Numbered from the stretch's first letter, positions 7,495-16,094 are shown. The stretch is DNA of 32,000 nucleotides from Dubosiella newyorkensis (GCF_001945605.1 NZ_MPKA01000065.1:45656-77655); one strand, 5' to 3'. Numbers and translations: made by a program. Notes: a model not told the origin generated them from the sequence alone.

Positions 7495-9546
7495 TTATTC
7501 TGGATACAATTCAAAATACGTTTTGAGTACAGGTCCGACCACTTCGGTCGTACAAATATTTGGCGCCACGCTTTGAGAATTGACAGACGAGGTTGGCGAC
7601 ATGCAGGCGAACGATACTTTTGGATCGTCGTAAGGCCCAAAACCAACAAGGTTGGCTGTCGTCCATTCGTTGACTTCGGCCGTTCCGGTCTTCGCCGCCA
7701 TCGGGATTTCCATATCTTTGAGCGGATCGCCGCAGTTGCCGCTTGTCACACAAGCTCTAAATCCTTCGCGGACTCGATTCAAATACTCTTCATTTTGTTC
7801 AGGTAGCGTGGAAATCAGTTTCTTTCCAAAGGCATCGAGAACTTCATCGCCGCCGACTTCTTCCGCGTATTCTAAAAAATGCGGTTGATAAAGCGATCCG
7901 CTTGTCGCGATCGTCGAAACGTAGGAAAGAAGCTGGACGGGCGTATACATATCGAGCTGTCCGATCGAGTAGTTCAGCAAGATTCCCGGGCTCGAGGCGA
8001 CACCCATATAGCCTTGGACTTCGCCTGGAATATCCAAATTCGTCTTATTGCCAAGGCCAAAGAGCGAATAGTAGTTCCGCATTTTGTTGAAGGTGCGTTG
8101 AAGATCCGAGAAGGCAGGCATCTTTCCTGGAACATAAGTCCCTCCGCCTAAACGAATAGCAATATGGAACATGTAGACGTTACTGGATACTTCAAGAGCC
8201 TGAATGTCGTTGACGGGTCCATGGTTTTCAAAAGAGCCGAACTCTTCCCCATTCAAGTTCATCACTTCGTCGAGGATGACTTCGCCTGGCGAGACGACAT
8301 GTTCGCTCAGTCCCATATAGACGGTCGCGCCTTTGATGGCCGATCCAGGATTGACAAGAGAGACGTAATTGCCCGAGGCAAAATACGTCATCTTTCGGGT
8401 TTCTAGATCCATTTGATAGCCGGATAGAGCGAGGAGCGATCCATCATTCGGATTTTCCATACACATGAAAAGCGACGAGAAATTTTCTCGGTTTCGAGTT
8501 CCCGCGTTTTTTTCAAGAGTGCTTCGCACGGTGTCGTCCATCACTTGTTGAAGGTCGATGTCTATCGAGATCACGATATCGTTTCCCTTTCGTCCACTTT
8601 GGATCATTTCTTTGACGGCGAGTCCATTGGAGTCATAGGTGATCTTGTTGATTTCATTGGTTCCGGACAAAAGGTCGTTGTATTGATACTCTAGACCGGA
8701 TTTTCCTACGGGCGCGTTGAGCTGATAGCCTTTGGCTAGATAATAGTCTTTCGATTCGGCGGGGAGTCCTTCGGTATTGGTGGATACGGTTCCTAGCACG
8801 TCGCTGAGCGTTTCTCCATAGGGGTATTCGCGTTTCCATCCGCCAAAATCGACGTCAAAGCCTGGGAATTCGGTTTTATGTTCCATCAAGTAGGCGACAT
8901 CGTCGTCTGGAATATCTTCTAGGATCACACTTTCCTGTCCTGTCGAGAGGTTGCTGATCATGCGTGAATACAAGATATAGGTGACCATTTCTTCGTCGCT
9001 CATTTCTTTGAGCTCGTCTTCGCCGATCCTCGAAATCAAAAGTGCGTAGCGTCGGCTTTCTCTTTCATTTCCCCAAATTCCGCTCGAATACGCTGTTCTT
9101 TCTTTTTCGGTGAGAAGATGGTTGGCGGCGTATTCGGGATCGTCGGCGTCGAGCGTGTTCTTCCATGCGATATAGGCTTCTTTTTTAGCTTGTTCGCTAA
9201 AATCGGAAAGTGGCACGTCGAAAACTTTGGCAATGCGGTTGGCGTAGATCAAATAGTCTTCGGTGCTCATATTGTTTGGCGAAGTGAAGACGATGTTGTG
9301 GGAGACGACAGTTTTGGCGAGCACGCGTCCTTTACAGTCGAGGATATTTCCTCTTGGGGCGCTTGTATATTGATAGATCGATGTATAATCATCCTTTTTT
9401 TGGACGTAATCATGATAAGAAAAGACTTGTAGATAGATCAAACGAATAAAGATCGTTACAAACACGACGGCGATGATGAGCGAGAGCACGCGGATCCGTT
9501 TCGAGATGACTCGGTCAATCGCTTTTTGGCGGACCACTTTTTTCAT
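7495..9546 (-). CDS. class B penicillin-binding protein (PBP2-type transpeptidase)
   Basis: N-terminal membrane anchor plus the transpeptidase triad SAIK (SxxK), SSN (SxN) and KTGT. ATG 9546 lacks an SD; a G-rich SD-like run lies ~35 nt upstream, so the exact start is slightly uncertain. Confidence 0.9.
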   Translation of the reverse strand: MKKVVRQKAIDRVISKRIRVLSLIIAVVFVTIFIRLIYLQVFSYHDYVQKKDDYTSIYQYTSAPRGNILDCKGRVLAKTVVSHNIVFTSPNNMSTEDYLIYANRIAKVFDVPLSDFSEQAKKEAYIAWKNTLDADDPEYAANHLLTEKERTAYSSGIWGNERESRRYALLISRIGEDELKEMSDEEMVTYILYSRMISNLSTGQESVILEDIPDDDVAYLMEHKTEFPGFDVDFGGWKREYPYGETLSDVLGTVSTNTEGLPAESKDYYLAKGYQLNAPVGKSGLEYQYNDLLSGTNEINKITYDSNGLAVKEMIQSGRKGNDIVISIDIDLQQVMDDTVRSTLEKNAGTRNRENFSSLFMCMENPNDGSLLALSGYQMDLETRKMTYFASGNYVSLVNPGSAIKGATVYMGLSEHVVSPGEVILDEVMNLNGEEFGSFENHGPVNDIQALEVSSNVYMFHIAIRLGGGTYVPGKMPAFSDLQRTFNKMRNYYSLFGLGNKTNLDIPGEVQGYMGVASSPGILLNYSIGQLDMYTPVQLLSYVSTIATSGSLYQPHFLEYAEEVGGDEVLDAFGKKLISTLPEQNEEYLNRVREGFRACVTSGNCGDPLKDMEIPMAAKTGTAEVNEWTTANLVGFGPYDDPKVSFACMSPTSSVNSQSVAPNICTTEVVGPVLKTYFELYPE

Positions 9547-9602
9547 CGTCGTTCGTTTTAGCTTATGTTCGATAATTCTCCCCCCTTTTTTTCTATCTTT
9601 TA

Positions 9603-9630
9603 ATTATACCGTGATGGTCTGAAAAATCAA
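9603..9630 (-). promoter_or_regulatory. sigma-A type promoter of the PBP gene
   Basis: Minus strand TTGATT (9625-9630), 16-nt spacer, TATAAT (9603-9608). Confidence 0.5.
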
Positions 9631-9695
9631 CGACTCCTCTTTCCTTCGTCCTGTTTAGAAAAATGGTATATACTGTAGGAAAACGAGGTATAAAT

Positions 9696-10745
9696 ATGAA
9701 ACGAAATGAAACGAGAAGTGTTCGCGTGGGTGATTTGATCCTTGGTGGAAACGACGAGGTGATCATTCAGTCGATGTGCAACGTTCCTACAAAAAACGCT
9801 AAAGAAGTGATCGAGCAGATCCTCGATCTTGAAGAGATGGGATGTCAAATGATCCGGGTTTCTTGCATGGATCTCAAGGATGCAGCGGCCATCAAAGAGA
9901 TCAAAGAAAATATCCATATTCCTTTAGTGGCGGATATTCATTTTGATTATAAGCTGGCGCTTGCCTGCATCGAAAATGGGGTGGATAAGATCCGTCTCAA
10001 TCCGGGGAATATTGGTTCTAGAGAAAATGTGGAAAAGGTCGTCAACGCCTGCAAGGAAAAAGGCATTCCGATCCGGATCGGGATCAATTCAGGTTCTTTG
10101 GAAAAAGATATTCATGAAAAATATGGCAAGCCGACTGCGGAAGGAATGATCGAAAGCGCAAGAAGGCATGTCGAGATCTTGGAGTCGATGGATTTTTACG
10201 ATACAGTGCTTTCTTTCAAATCGAGCGATCCGCTCTTATGTATCGAAGCGTATCGTCTTGCGAGCGAGACATTCGATTATCCGCTTCATTTAGGTGTGAC
10301 GGAGGCTGGAACGATGATGACAAGCGCCATCAAGTCCTCTTTGGCTCTTGGCAATTTGTTGTTGGACGGGATCGGAAATACGATCCGGATCAGCGTAAAT
10401 GGAGCTCCACAAAAGGAGATCCCGATCGTCAAAGAGCTTCTGAAGGATTGTGGTTTATTGAAAAGCGTGCCAAATTTGATCGCGTGTCCAACGTGCGGGC
10501 GAACGCAATGGAACATGGAGCCTGTCGTCAATTGGGTCGAATCGTATTTACAGAAAGTGAATAAAGAGGTGACGGTTGCGATCATGGGTTGCGCGGTCAA
10601 TGGGCCTGGCGAAGCGAAACATGCCGATATCGCGATCGCTGGCGGTAAAGACGAGGGATTGTTGATCAAGCGGGGTGTGATCATCGAAAAGATCCCGCAA
10701 GAGAAGATGGTGGAGCGCCTGAAGGAAGAAATTGATGCATTCTAA
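9696..10745 (+). CDS. ispG: 4-hydroxy-3-methylbut-2-en-1-yl diphosphate synthase (MEP pathway)
   Basis: VIIQSMCN, the CPTCGR...GC(A)VNGPGE Fe-S cysteines, and ~350 aa. The start is trimmed to ATG 9696, behind an ACGAGG SD. Confidence 0.9.
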   Translation: MKRNETRSVRVGDLILGGNDEVIIQSMCNVPTKNAKEVIEQILDLEEMGCQMIRVSCMDLKDAAAIKEIKENIHIPLVADIHFDYKLALACIENGVDKIRLNPGNIGSRENVEKVVNACKEKGIPIRIGINSGSLEKDIHEKYGKPTAEGMIESARRHVEILESMDFYDTVLSFKSSDPLLCIEAYRLASETFDYPLHLGVTEAGTMMTSAIKSSLALGNLLLDGIGNTIRISVNGAPQKEIPIVKELLKDCGLLKSVPNLIACPTCGRTQWNMEPVVNWVESYLQKVNKEVTVAIMGCAVNGPGEAKHADIAIAGGKDEGLLIKRGVIIEKIPQEKMVERLKEEIDAF

Positions 10746-10794
10746 TACGAATCGAAAGTAAGAGTGTGCTATTTTTTTCTAAAAGGAGGCTGTT

Positions 10795-11322
10795 ATGGAA
10801 GACCAATATATTTATGAAACAAACGCGGATAATACGGCTCGTTTTGTGATCGGGACCAAGGGCAAAAATCCTTTGATCGTCATGAGCATCAATCCAAGTG
10901 TCGGCTCTCCGACTCGCACTTCTCCAACTTTAGGCACGGTTCGCCATATTGCGGCGGATTATGGATACGACAGCTGGATCATTCTTTGTCTCTATCCGCA
11001 AAGGGCGACGCATTTGAACGAATTGGATCAAAACGCCGATCCGCAGCTTGTGGAAGAGAATGAAAAAGTCATCAAAGAAATCTTGTCTCAATTTCCAGAT
11101 CATAAGATCTGGGCGGCGTGGGGAACGCATTATCATGCGCGCTTCTTCTTTCCGCAATGTTTGAAAAAGATCGTCGAGATCGCGAATGAATACCATGAAT
11201 CTTGGATGCATTATGGTCCTTTAGATGAGGATGATACGCCTCGTTATTGTTTGTATTTAGAAAATGGCGAAGGCTGGTATCCATTTGATGTGGAAGCGTT
11301 CTTAAAGAAAACTTTGTATTGA
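10795..11322 (+). CDS. DUF1643-family protein (unknown function)
   Basis: 175 aa. It carries INPSxxxxxxxxPT near the N terminus, an AAWG block and a C-terminal DTPRYCLY block. From memory these match the DUF1643 pattern (NPS...D.T / aWG / PrHPLy). The assignment is by recall only. Confidence 0.55.
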   Translation: MEDQYIYETNADNTARFVIGTKGKNPLIVMSINPSVGSPTRTSPTLGTVRHIAADYGYDSWIILCLYPQRATHLNELDQNADPQLVEENEKVIKEILSQFPDHKIWAAWGTHYHARFFFPQCLKKIVEIANEYHESWMHYGPLDEDDTPRYCLYLENGEGWYPFDVEAFLKKTLY

Positions 11323-11324
11323 TC

Positions 11325-11355
11325 AAAAAGATCGGTCGCTTGGATCGATCTTTTT
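11325..11355. terminator. bidirectional terminator between the DUF1643 gene and the recombinase gene
   Basis: AAAAAGATCG-(11 nt loop)-CGATCTTTTT, a 10-bp stem with flanking A/T runs. Confidence 0.7.
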
Positions 11356-11381
11356 TCAGTATAAGTCGCTTTTCTTTTTTT

Positions 11382-12332
11382 TTAGCTCAGAGTCGATAAT
11401 GCTCTCATAACGAGATCGATATCTTTATTTTCAAGTTCCTGAATAATGTGTAAATAAGTTTTTTGAGTAGTCGTCATGCTGGCATGACCTAATCGTCTTG
11501 CTACACTGGCAGTCGATACACCCGCGAACAATAATAAGGATGCATGGGTATGACGAAGTCCATGGATCGTAATGACCGGAATATTGGCTTCTTTGCAGTG
11601 GCGTTCCAATACATCGTTGACTGTTGAATTGTAAATTTTCTTATTTACAAATATTGGACGATCTTCGGGAAGACCTTGAATCAAGGATGAAAACTGGACG
11701 ACAGTTTGCCAATCGATTTGGATCTTTCGAACTGAAGAGTGGTTTTTCGTGGGTGAAAATCCACCGTTTCCTTTATAATCCCATGTTTTTGATACTGATA
11801 CTGTTTGATGGGCGAAATCGAAATCTGCTGGAGTGATCGCTAAAGCTTCTGAGAAGCGCATTCCTGTTTTCGCAACAAGTAGAATAAACCAATCCCATGT
11901 GATTTCTTCTTTCAAGTAAAGTGTTGATAATAACGTATGCAGTTCGTATTGATTCAAATATTTCAGCTTTTTAGGTCGTGGTTGTTTTCCTTTGATGATC
12001 GCTTTTCGAGTTGGATCTCTAGGAACCAATCCTTCATCGACCGCATCCATGATCGCGCCTTTTAGTTGATGATGAAAGTCCATCGTAGTTTGACGCTCAT
12101 GTTCGATCGCATACTCGTTTAAAATTTGTTGGTATGTGATCCGAGACAAATCACAAAGTTTTAAGTTTGGGGCTAGCTTCCGAATCCACGAAAGACTCAT
12201 ATAATACTTATTCATTGTTACATCTCGGATAGCACCTTTCTTATAAACTTCGATCCATTTTTCAAAATAATCACAAAACAAAATTGTATTAGTTACTTCA
12301 TTAATCATTCTTTTTTCTCCATCTTCGTTCAT
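11382..12332 (-). CDS. tyrosine site-specific recombinase (phage-integrase/Xer family) linked to hsdS cassettes
   Basis: Catalytic signature: AKTGMRFSEAL (Arg I), HGLRHTHASLL (His-x-x-Arg), LGHASMTTTQKTYLH (His/Tyr nucleophile). ATG 12332 shares ATGA with the hsdS' stop. An alternative ATG at 12308 has a GGAG SD 8 nt upstream. Confidence 0.85.
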   Translation of the reverse strand: MNEDGEKRMINEVTNTILFCDYFEKWIEVYKKGAIRDVTMNKYYMSLSWIRKLAPNLKLCDLSRITYQQILNEYAIEHERQTTMDFHHQLKGAIMDAVDEGLVPRDPTRKAIIKGKQPRPKKLKYLNQYELHTLLSTLYLKEEITWDWFILLVAKTGMRFSEALAITPADFDFAHQTVSVSKTWDYKGNGGFSPTKNHSSVRKIQIDWQTVVQFSSLIQGLPEDRPIFVNKKIYNSTVNDVLERHCKEANIPVITIHGLRHTHASLLLFAGVSTASVARRLGHASMTTTQKTYLHIIQELENKDIDLVMRALSTLS

Positions 12333-12829
12333 TGCGACTTATACTGATGAAGGGTGATAAGTTTATCAGCATGATACATAAATTGCCCTATATTAAACTG
12401 TTCATATTTTTGTTGTGGAATTTTTATTATAAAATTTCTAGCAGTTACTCCAGTTATTCCCTTTATGGATGATCCTTGAAGATTTAAATTTCCGTTTAAA
12501 GTCTTGTAACATAAAAACGTTCCAAATAGAGTATCAATATTTAAATTACTAAAGGATATAAAATCTTGACTAGTAGCATAACTATAAGGGAAATATCCAA
12601 CTTTTCCTACACCAACTCTAGTTACTATTGCTATTGAATTTGCAGGAACTTGCTTTGAAGCTGAGTTGTTCAAACCATTTTCAGAAATATACTTTTTAGG
12701 TTTTATATCAAATAATTTCCCCACCACTAAATCAGATGATTGAATCCACGGTAAATTTCCATCCCAATACTTCTTAACTGAAGTTTTTGGAGTACCACCT
12801 CCAAAAAACTTATTAGCAATATCTCCCAA
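12329..12829 (-). CDS. hsdS: Type I specificity subunit half-module (single TRD), 5'-truncated, possibly a silent cassette
   Basis: It has the (A)WEQRRLGDI box, a TRD with the GGGTPKT...YWDGNLPWI motif, and the conserved LITLHQYK end. The frame is open from 12865 but holds no ATG/GTG. The only start candidate is TTG 12829, which has no SD. Confidence 0.6.
   Translation of the reverse strand: MGDIANKFFGGGTPKTSVKKYWDGNLPWIQSSDLVVGKLFDIKPKKYISENGLNNSASKQVPANSIAIVTRVGVGKVGYFPYSYATSQDFISFSNLNIDTLFGTFLCYKTLNGNLNLQGSSIKGITGVTARNFIIKIPQQKYEQFNIGQFMYHADKLITLHQYKSQ
12343..12360. repeat. direct repeat A, copy 1 (encodes the ITLHQ box at the end of hsdS')
   Basis: ACTGATGAAGGGTGATAA is identical to 12906-12923. 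Extended to 24 nt there is one mismatch (12337-12360 vs 12900-12923). Confidence 0.9.
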
Positions 12830-12848
12830 CCTACGCTGTTCCCAAGCA
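12828..12848. repeat. direct repeat B, copy 1 (encodes the AWEQRR box at the start of hsdS')
   Basis: AACCTACGCTGTTCCCAAGCA is identical to 13379-13399. Extended to 26 nt there is one mismatch (12823-12848 vs 13374-13399). Confidence 0.9.
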
Positions 12849-12888
12849 GTAACTTTTTGGTAATTTTAAATTTCACTCACTTATAATT

Positions 12889-13491
12889 TTAATTTTCTAA
12901 CTTACACTGATGAAGGGTGATAAACTTGTCTATATCCAAAAATAAATTCCCGATTTTATTCTGTTCTTCTATACCTGGAATTAGAATAACTTGTTTAAAA
13001 AAATCTTCAGGAACTAATTCGTTCATCATAGTGCCAAGTTTAGTAGATTGATTAAGAATAGGCCTAAATATAGATTCTAAATAGAACAGTTTTTTTGTAA
13101 ACAAAGGATTGAGCATCGATACTGGCCTAATTGATGAAAAACGAGGAGACATTAATCCAATACCCCTAGTATTTACAACAAATCTACCATGAGCAAATTG
13201 CTTATTAGAATGGCCTTCGAAACCTGCATCTCCTATTCTCAATACTTTATAAGACTTAACGGAAGTCTCTGCAGATCCATTTCCATCTTTTTTATATTTC
13301 ATAGTTGCTACGGACAATGTTTTATCAACTGTTATTCCAATTAAATTACGTTCATTATTGATTTTATATAGTTCTCCAAACCTACGCTGTTCCCAAGCAT
13401 CGTTAAAGCCCTTGAATCGAATTTGAGGAACATTAGACTGTTTTTGATGGATTTTTGTACTATTTACTTGTTCATTCTTGAATGTTTCCAT
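12889..13491 (-). CDS. hsdS: Type I specificity subunit, half-size (single TRD), expressed copy
   Basis: ATG 13491 lies 2 nt after the hsdM stop. It has the N-terminal box PQIRFKGFNDAWEQRRFGEL, one TRD, and EEQNKIGNLFLDIDKFITLHQCKLEN* at the end. At 200 aa it is about half of a normal HsdS. Confidence 0.8.
   Translation of the reverse strand: METFKNEQVNSTKIHQKQSNVPQIRFKGFNDAWEQRRFGELYKINNERNLIGITVDKTLSVATMKYKKDGNGSAETSVKSYKVLRIGDAGFEGHSNKQFAHGRFVVNTRGIGLMSPRFSSIRPVSMLNPLFTKKLFYLESIFRPILNQSTKLGTMMNELVPEDFFKQVILIPGIEEQNKIGNLFLDIDKFITLHQCKLEN
12906..12923. repeat. direct repeat A, copy 2 (end of hsdS)
   Basis: Identical 18-mer to 12343-12360, in the same orientation, with a period of 563 nt. 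Confidence 0.9.
13379..13399. repeat. direct repeat B, copy 2 (start of the hsdS TRD)
   Basis: Identical 21-mer to 12828-12848, in the same orientation, with a period of 551 nt. Confidence 0.9.
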
Positions 13492-13493
13492 AA

Positions 13494-16040
13494 CTAGTAC
13501 CCTAATAAGCTTTTAAAAGCTTCCAGTCCTTTCATGTCATATTCATTTCCTGTTAGATCATCGATCATTTTGGCAAGTTCTTGTTCAGTCTGATGGATTT
13601 GATCATCTAAATCATTCAGAGTTTCGCTATATTTATCTTCCAATTGCTCTAATTGTTTTTTAAGTTTTTCCATTACATTTTGAGGGATTTGAATGAGTTG
13701 ATCCATTAATGGACTTATCCACTTTTCATAGACGAGCGCCTTAGCTTCTTCAATTGAAAGAGATTCAAGTTTATCTTTTGTCATAGCATGAATATTTTCC
13801 TTGCTTGTTTTGATTTCTTTTTGGATAGCTTTCTGCTCTTTCAAAAGTTTATTCGCTTCGTTTAATTTCTTAAGCAATTCATCATCATCTTTATCCTTTT
13901 TCAATTCTTTAATTCTATTAGTTAAGTTAGAAGTGACGAATTGTGTTCCTTCCTCATTGGCTAAATTCTCTTTTTCTTCTTCGTCTAAATTTTCAAGAAT
14001 TTCTTGGATTTCATTATCAATTTGATAAATATGTTGCTCTAACTGTTCTATTTTTTTGAATTCTTCGGTAAAATATCGTCGTTCGACCAATTCAAATGGA
14101 ATAATATGACCTTTCCAACCTTCTTGGGTTTCTACGTCTTTTCCATTCTTTTTTTTCATCACTAAATTTGGATCGACTTTGGTCAACGCTCTTTCAGATT
14201 CATTTTGAATATTTTCCAAATCCCCAAGAATGACTTTCCAGTGATTATCTAAAATTTGATATGCCTCATAACGATCGATCAACGAAAACTCTTTTAACTT
14301 ATGAAATAAAAGATTTCCTAAATCATCTTCTTCTCGATTAAGATCGACCTCCATCATCCCTTCGATCAAACGCTGTTTTAAATCCGATTCAAACGAGTTA
14401 GACTCCTTATAAAAAGCTTTCTTAAACGAGTGAATATCGGAATCTTCTTCAAAAATCTGTTTTAAATCATTTCCTTTTACACTAACGTACGAGTCGTTCT
14501 TTTCATTAAATAGTTTCTTTTTTAGATTTGGGAAATTTTTCCAATAGACATCAAATCGAGAAAGTTCCGATTTCGGAATTCCTCCATACATTGAAGCATA
14601 CAAATCCCATGTTTCCGTAGGTTCAGAAGAATCTACATACCGAGGAATATTCAAGTTATAGTCATTTGCTCGAATTTCTTCTAAAGAAACAGTTCGTGAA
14701 AACTTATCTATTGTCTTTCTAGATACCACTACATCTCGAATTCTTTTGATATCTGATGCTCGTAAAACATTACTTTTGCCTGATTTCTCAAAATATTTGG
14801 AACTATCCACGATTAATACATCGTTATTCTCCCGTTTTTGTCGTAATAACATAATAATCGTTGGTATACTCGTCCCATAAAAAATATTCGCAGGAAGACC
14901 GATTATCGTATCGATATTATTATTCTCAATCAAGTTTTTTCGAATCTCGCCTTCCTCGCCACCACGAAATAATACACCGTGAGGAAGAACGATAGCCATA
15001 ATGCCATCCGGCTTTATATGATACAAATCGTGTAATAAGAACGCGTAATCCGCCTTTGTCTTTGGAGCTACTCCATAACGACGATACCGAGGATCGTTTC
15101 TTTTCCCTTCCGGATCCCATTTTTGCGAATAAGGGGGATTAGATACCACAGCATCCACATATAGTGGCATTCCTAACTTTGTTTCATTAGGTGGCCAATC
15201 ATCTTCCAAAGTATCAGCATTTCGAGTAAAGATATTGCTCGGCTTGATTCCACGCATGATCAAGTTCATCCGCGTTAAGTTATATGTATTTCGCTTCAAT
15301 TCTTGGGCATAATACTGAATTCGATCTTTGCTTTCTAGATATCGCGAAGCACTTTCTCCAATATTCAACAACAAAGAACCTGACCCACTCGTCGGGTCGT
15401 ATATTTTAATTTCTTTTCGATCTTTTAAATGGTTCGCGACCAAGTCAGACATCAACACTGAAACTTCATGCGGTGTATAGAACTCACCAGCCTTCTTTCC
15501 AGCATTCGCGGCGAACATTCCAATTAAATACTCATAAACAAAACCAAGCACATCATAGTCCTGCTTACTATCCATTGGAATGTCCTTGATCAGTTGCAAT
15601 AAATTAATGATCGCTTTCGTTTGAGATTGAGCACTATCTCCTAATTTACTCAATCCCGTTTCCAAAGTTTCAAAAATTCCATCAAACACATCGCGATGTG
15701 TATTTGAAATCAAACGACTAAAGGCAGACAATGCTTCACGTACATTTGAAACATCAAATTCCTTTTCATGTTCGATCCAAGTAGAAAACAAATTAGGATA
15801 ACTAATAAAATATCCCAGACGATCTTGAATATATCGAACCGTTTCCTGATCTTCTTCAGTCACCAATGGTAACGTTTCTTCATCCCATCCATCATTAATC
15901 AGAAGTTTTAATTCCTGCTCTGACAAGTATTTGTAAAAAATAAACCCTAGAATATAATCTTTATACTCACTTGCCTCGATTTTAGAACGCATCTGGTTTG
16001 CCGATTCCCATATTTTGGCAGCCAATTGCTGTTTATTCAT
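13494..16040 (-). CDS. hsdM: Type I restriction-modification N6-adenine DNA methyltransferase subunit, long form (848 aa)
   Basis: HsdM_N-like start (MNKQQLAAKIWESANQMR...YILGFIFYKYLSE), AdoMet motif I IYDPTSGSGSLLL and motif IV VVSNPPYS. A ~360-aa E/K-rich C-terminal extension follows. The start is set to ATG 16040, 8 nt after GGAGG; the ORF-track start at 16055 is a TTG. Confidence 0.9.
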   Translation of the reverse strand: MNKQQLAAKIWESANQMRSKIEASEYKDYILGFIFYKYLSEQELKLLINDGWDEETLPLVTEEDQETVRYIQDRLGYFISYPNLFSTWIEHEKEFDVSNVREALSAFSRLISNTHRDVFDGIFETLETGLSKLGDSAQSQTKAIINLLQLIKDIPMDSKQDYDVLGFVYEYLIGMFAANAGKKAGEFYTPHEVSVLMSDLVANHLKDRKEIKIYDPTSGSGSLLLNIGESASRYLESKDRIQYYAQELKRNTYNLTRMNLIMRGIKPSNIFTRNADTLEDDWPPNETKLGMPLYVDAVVSNPPYSQKWDPEGKRNDPRYRRYGVAPKTKADYAFLLHDLYHIKPDGIMAIVLPHGVLFRGGEEGEIRKNLIENNNIDTIIGLPANIFYGTSIPTIIMLLRQKRENNDVLIVDSSKYFEKSGKSNVLRASDIKRIRDVVVSRKTIDKFSRTVSLEEIRANDYNLNIPRYVDSSEPTETWDLYASMYGGIPKSELSRFDVYWKNFPNLKKKLFNEKNDSYVSVKGNDLKQIFEEDSDIHSFKKAFYKESNSFESDLKQRLIEGMMEVDLNREEDDLGNLLFHKLKEFSLIDRYEAYQILDNHWKVILGDLENIQNESERALTKVDPNLVMKKKNGKDVETQEGWKGHIIPFELVERRYFTEEFKKIEQLEQHIYQIDNEIQEILENLDEEEKENLANEEGTQFVTSNLTNRIKELKKDKDDDELLKKLNEANKLLKEQKAIQKEIKTSKENIHAMTKDKLESLSIEEAKALVYEKWISPLMDQLIQIPQNVMEKLKKQLEQLEDKYSETLNDLDDQIHQTEQELAKMIDDLTGNEYDMKGLEAFKSLLGY

Positions 16041-16094
16041 ATCCTTTTCCTCCAATACAAATCTATTTATTAAACATCTCTTCTGTTTATTCCC

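Noticed and set aside
7495-7497. Programmed readthrough of the PBP stop codon into the in-frame RHH-like ORF
   Set aside because: The shared frame has a one-in-three chance. The small ORF has its own SD and GTG start, and no readthrough context is evident.
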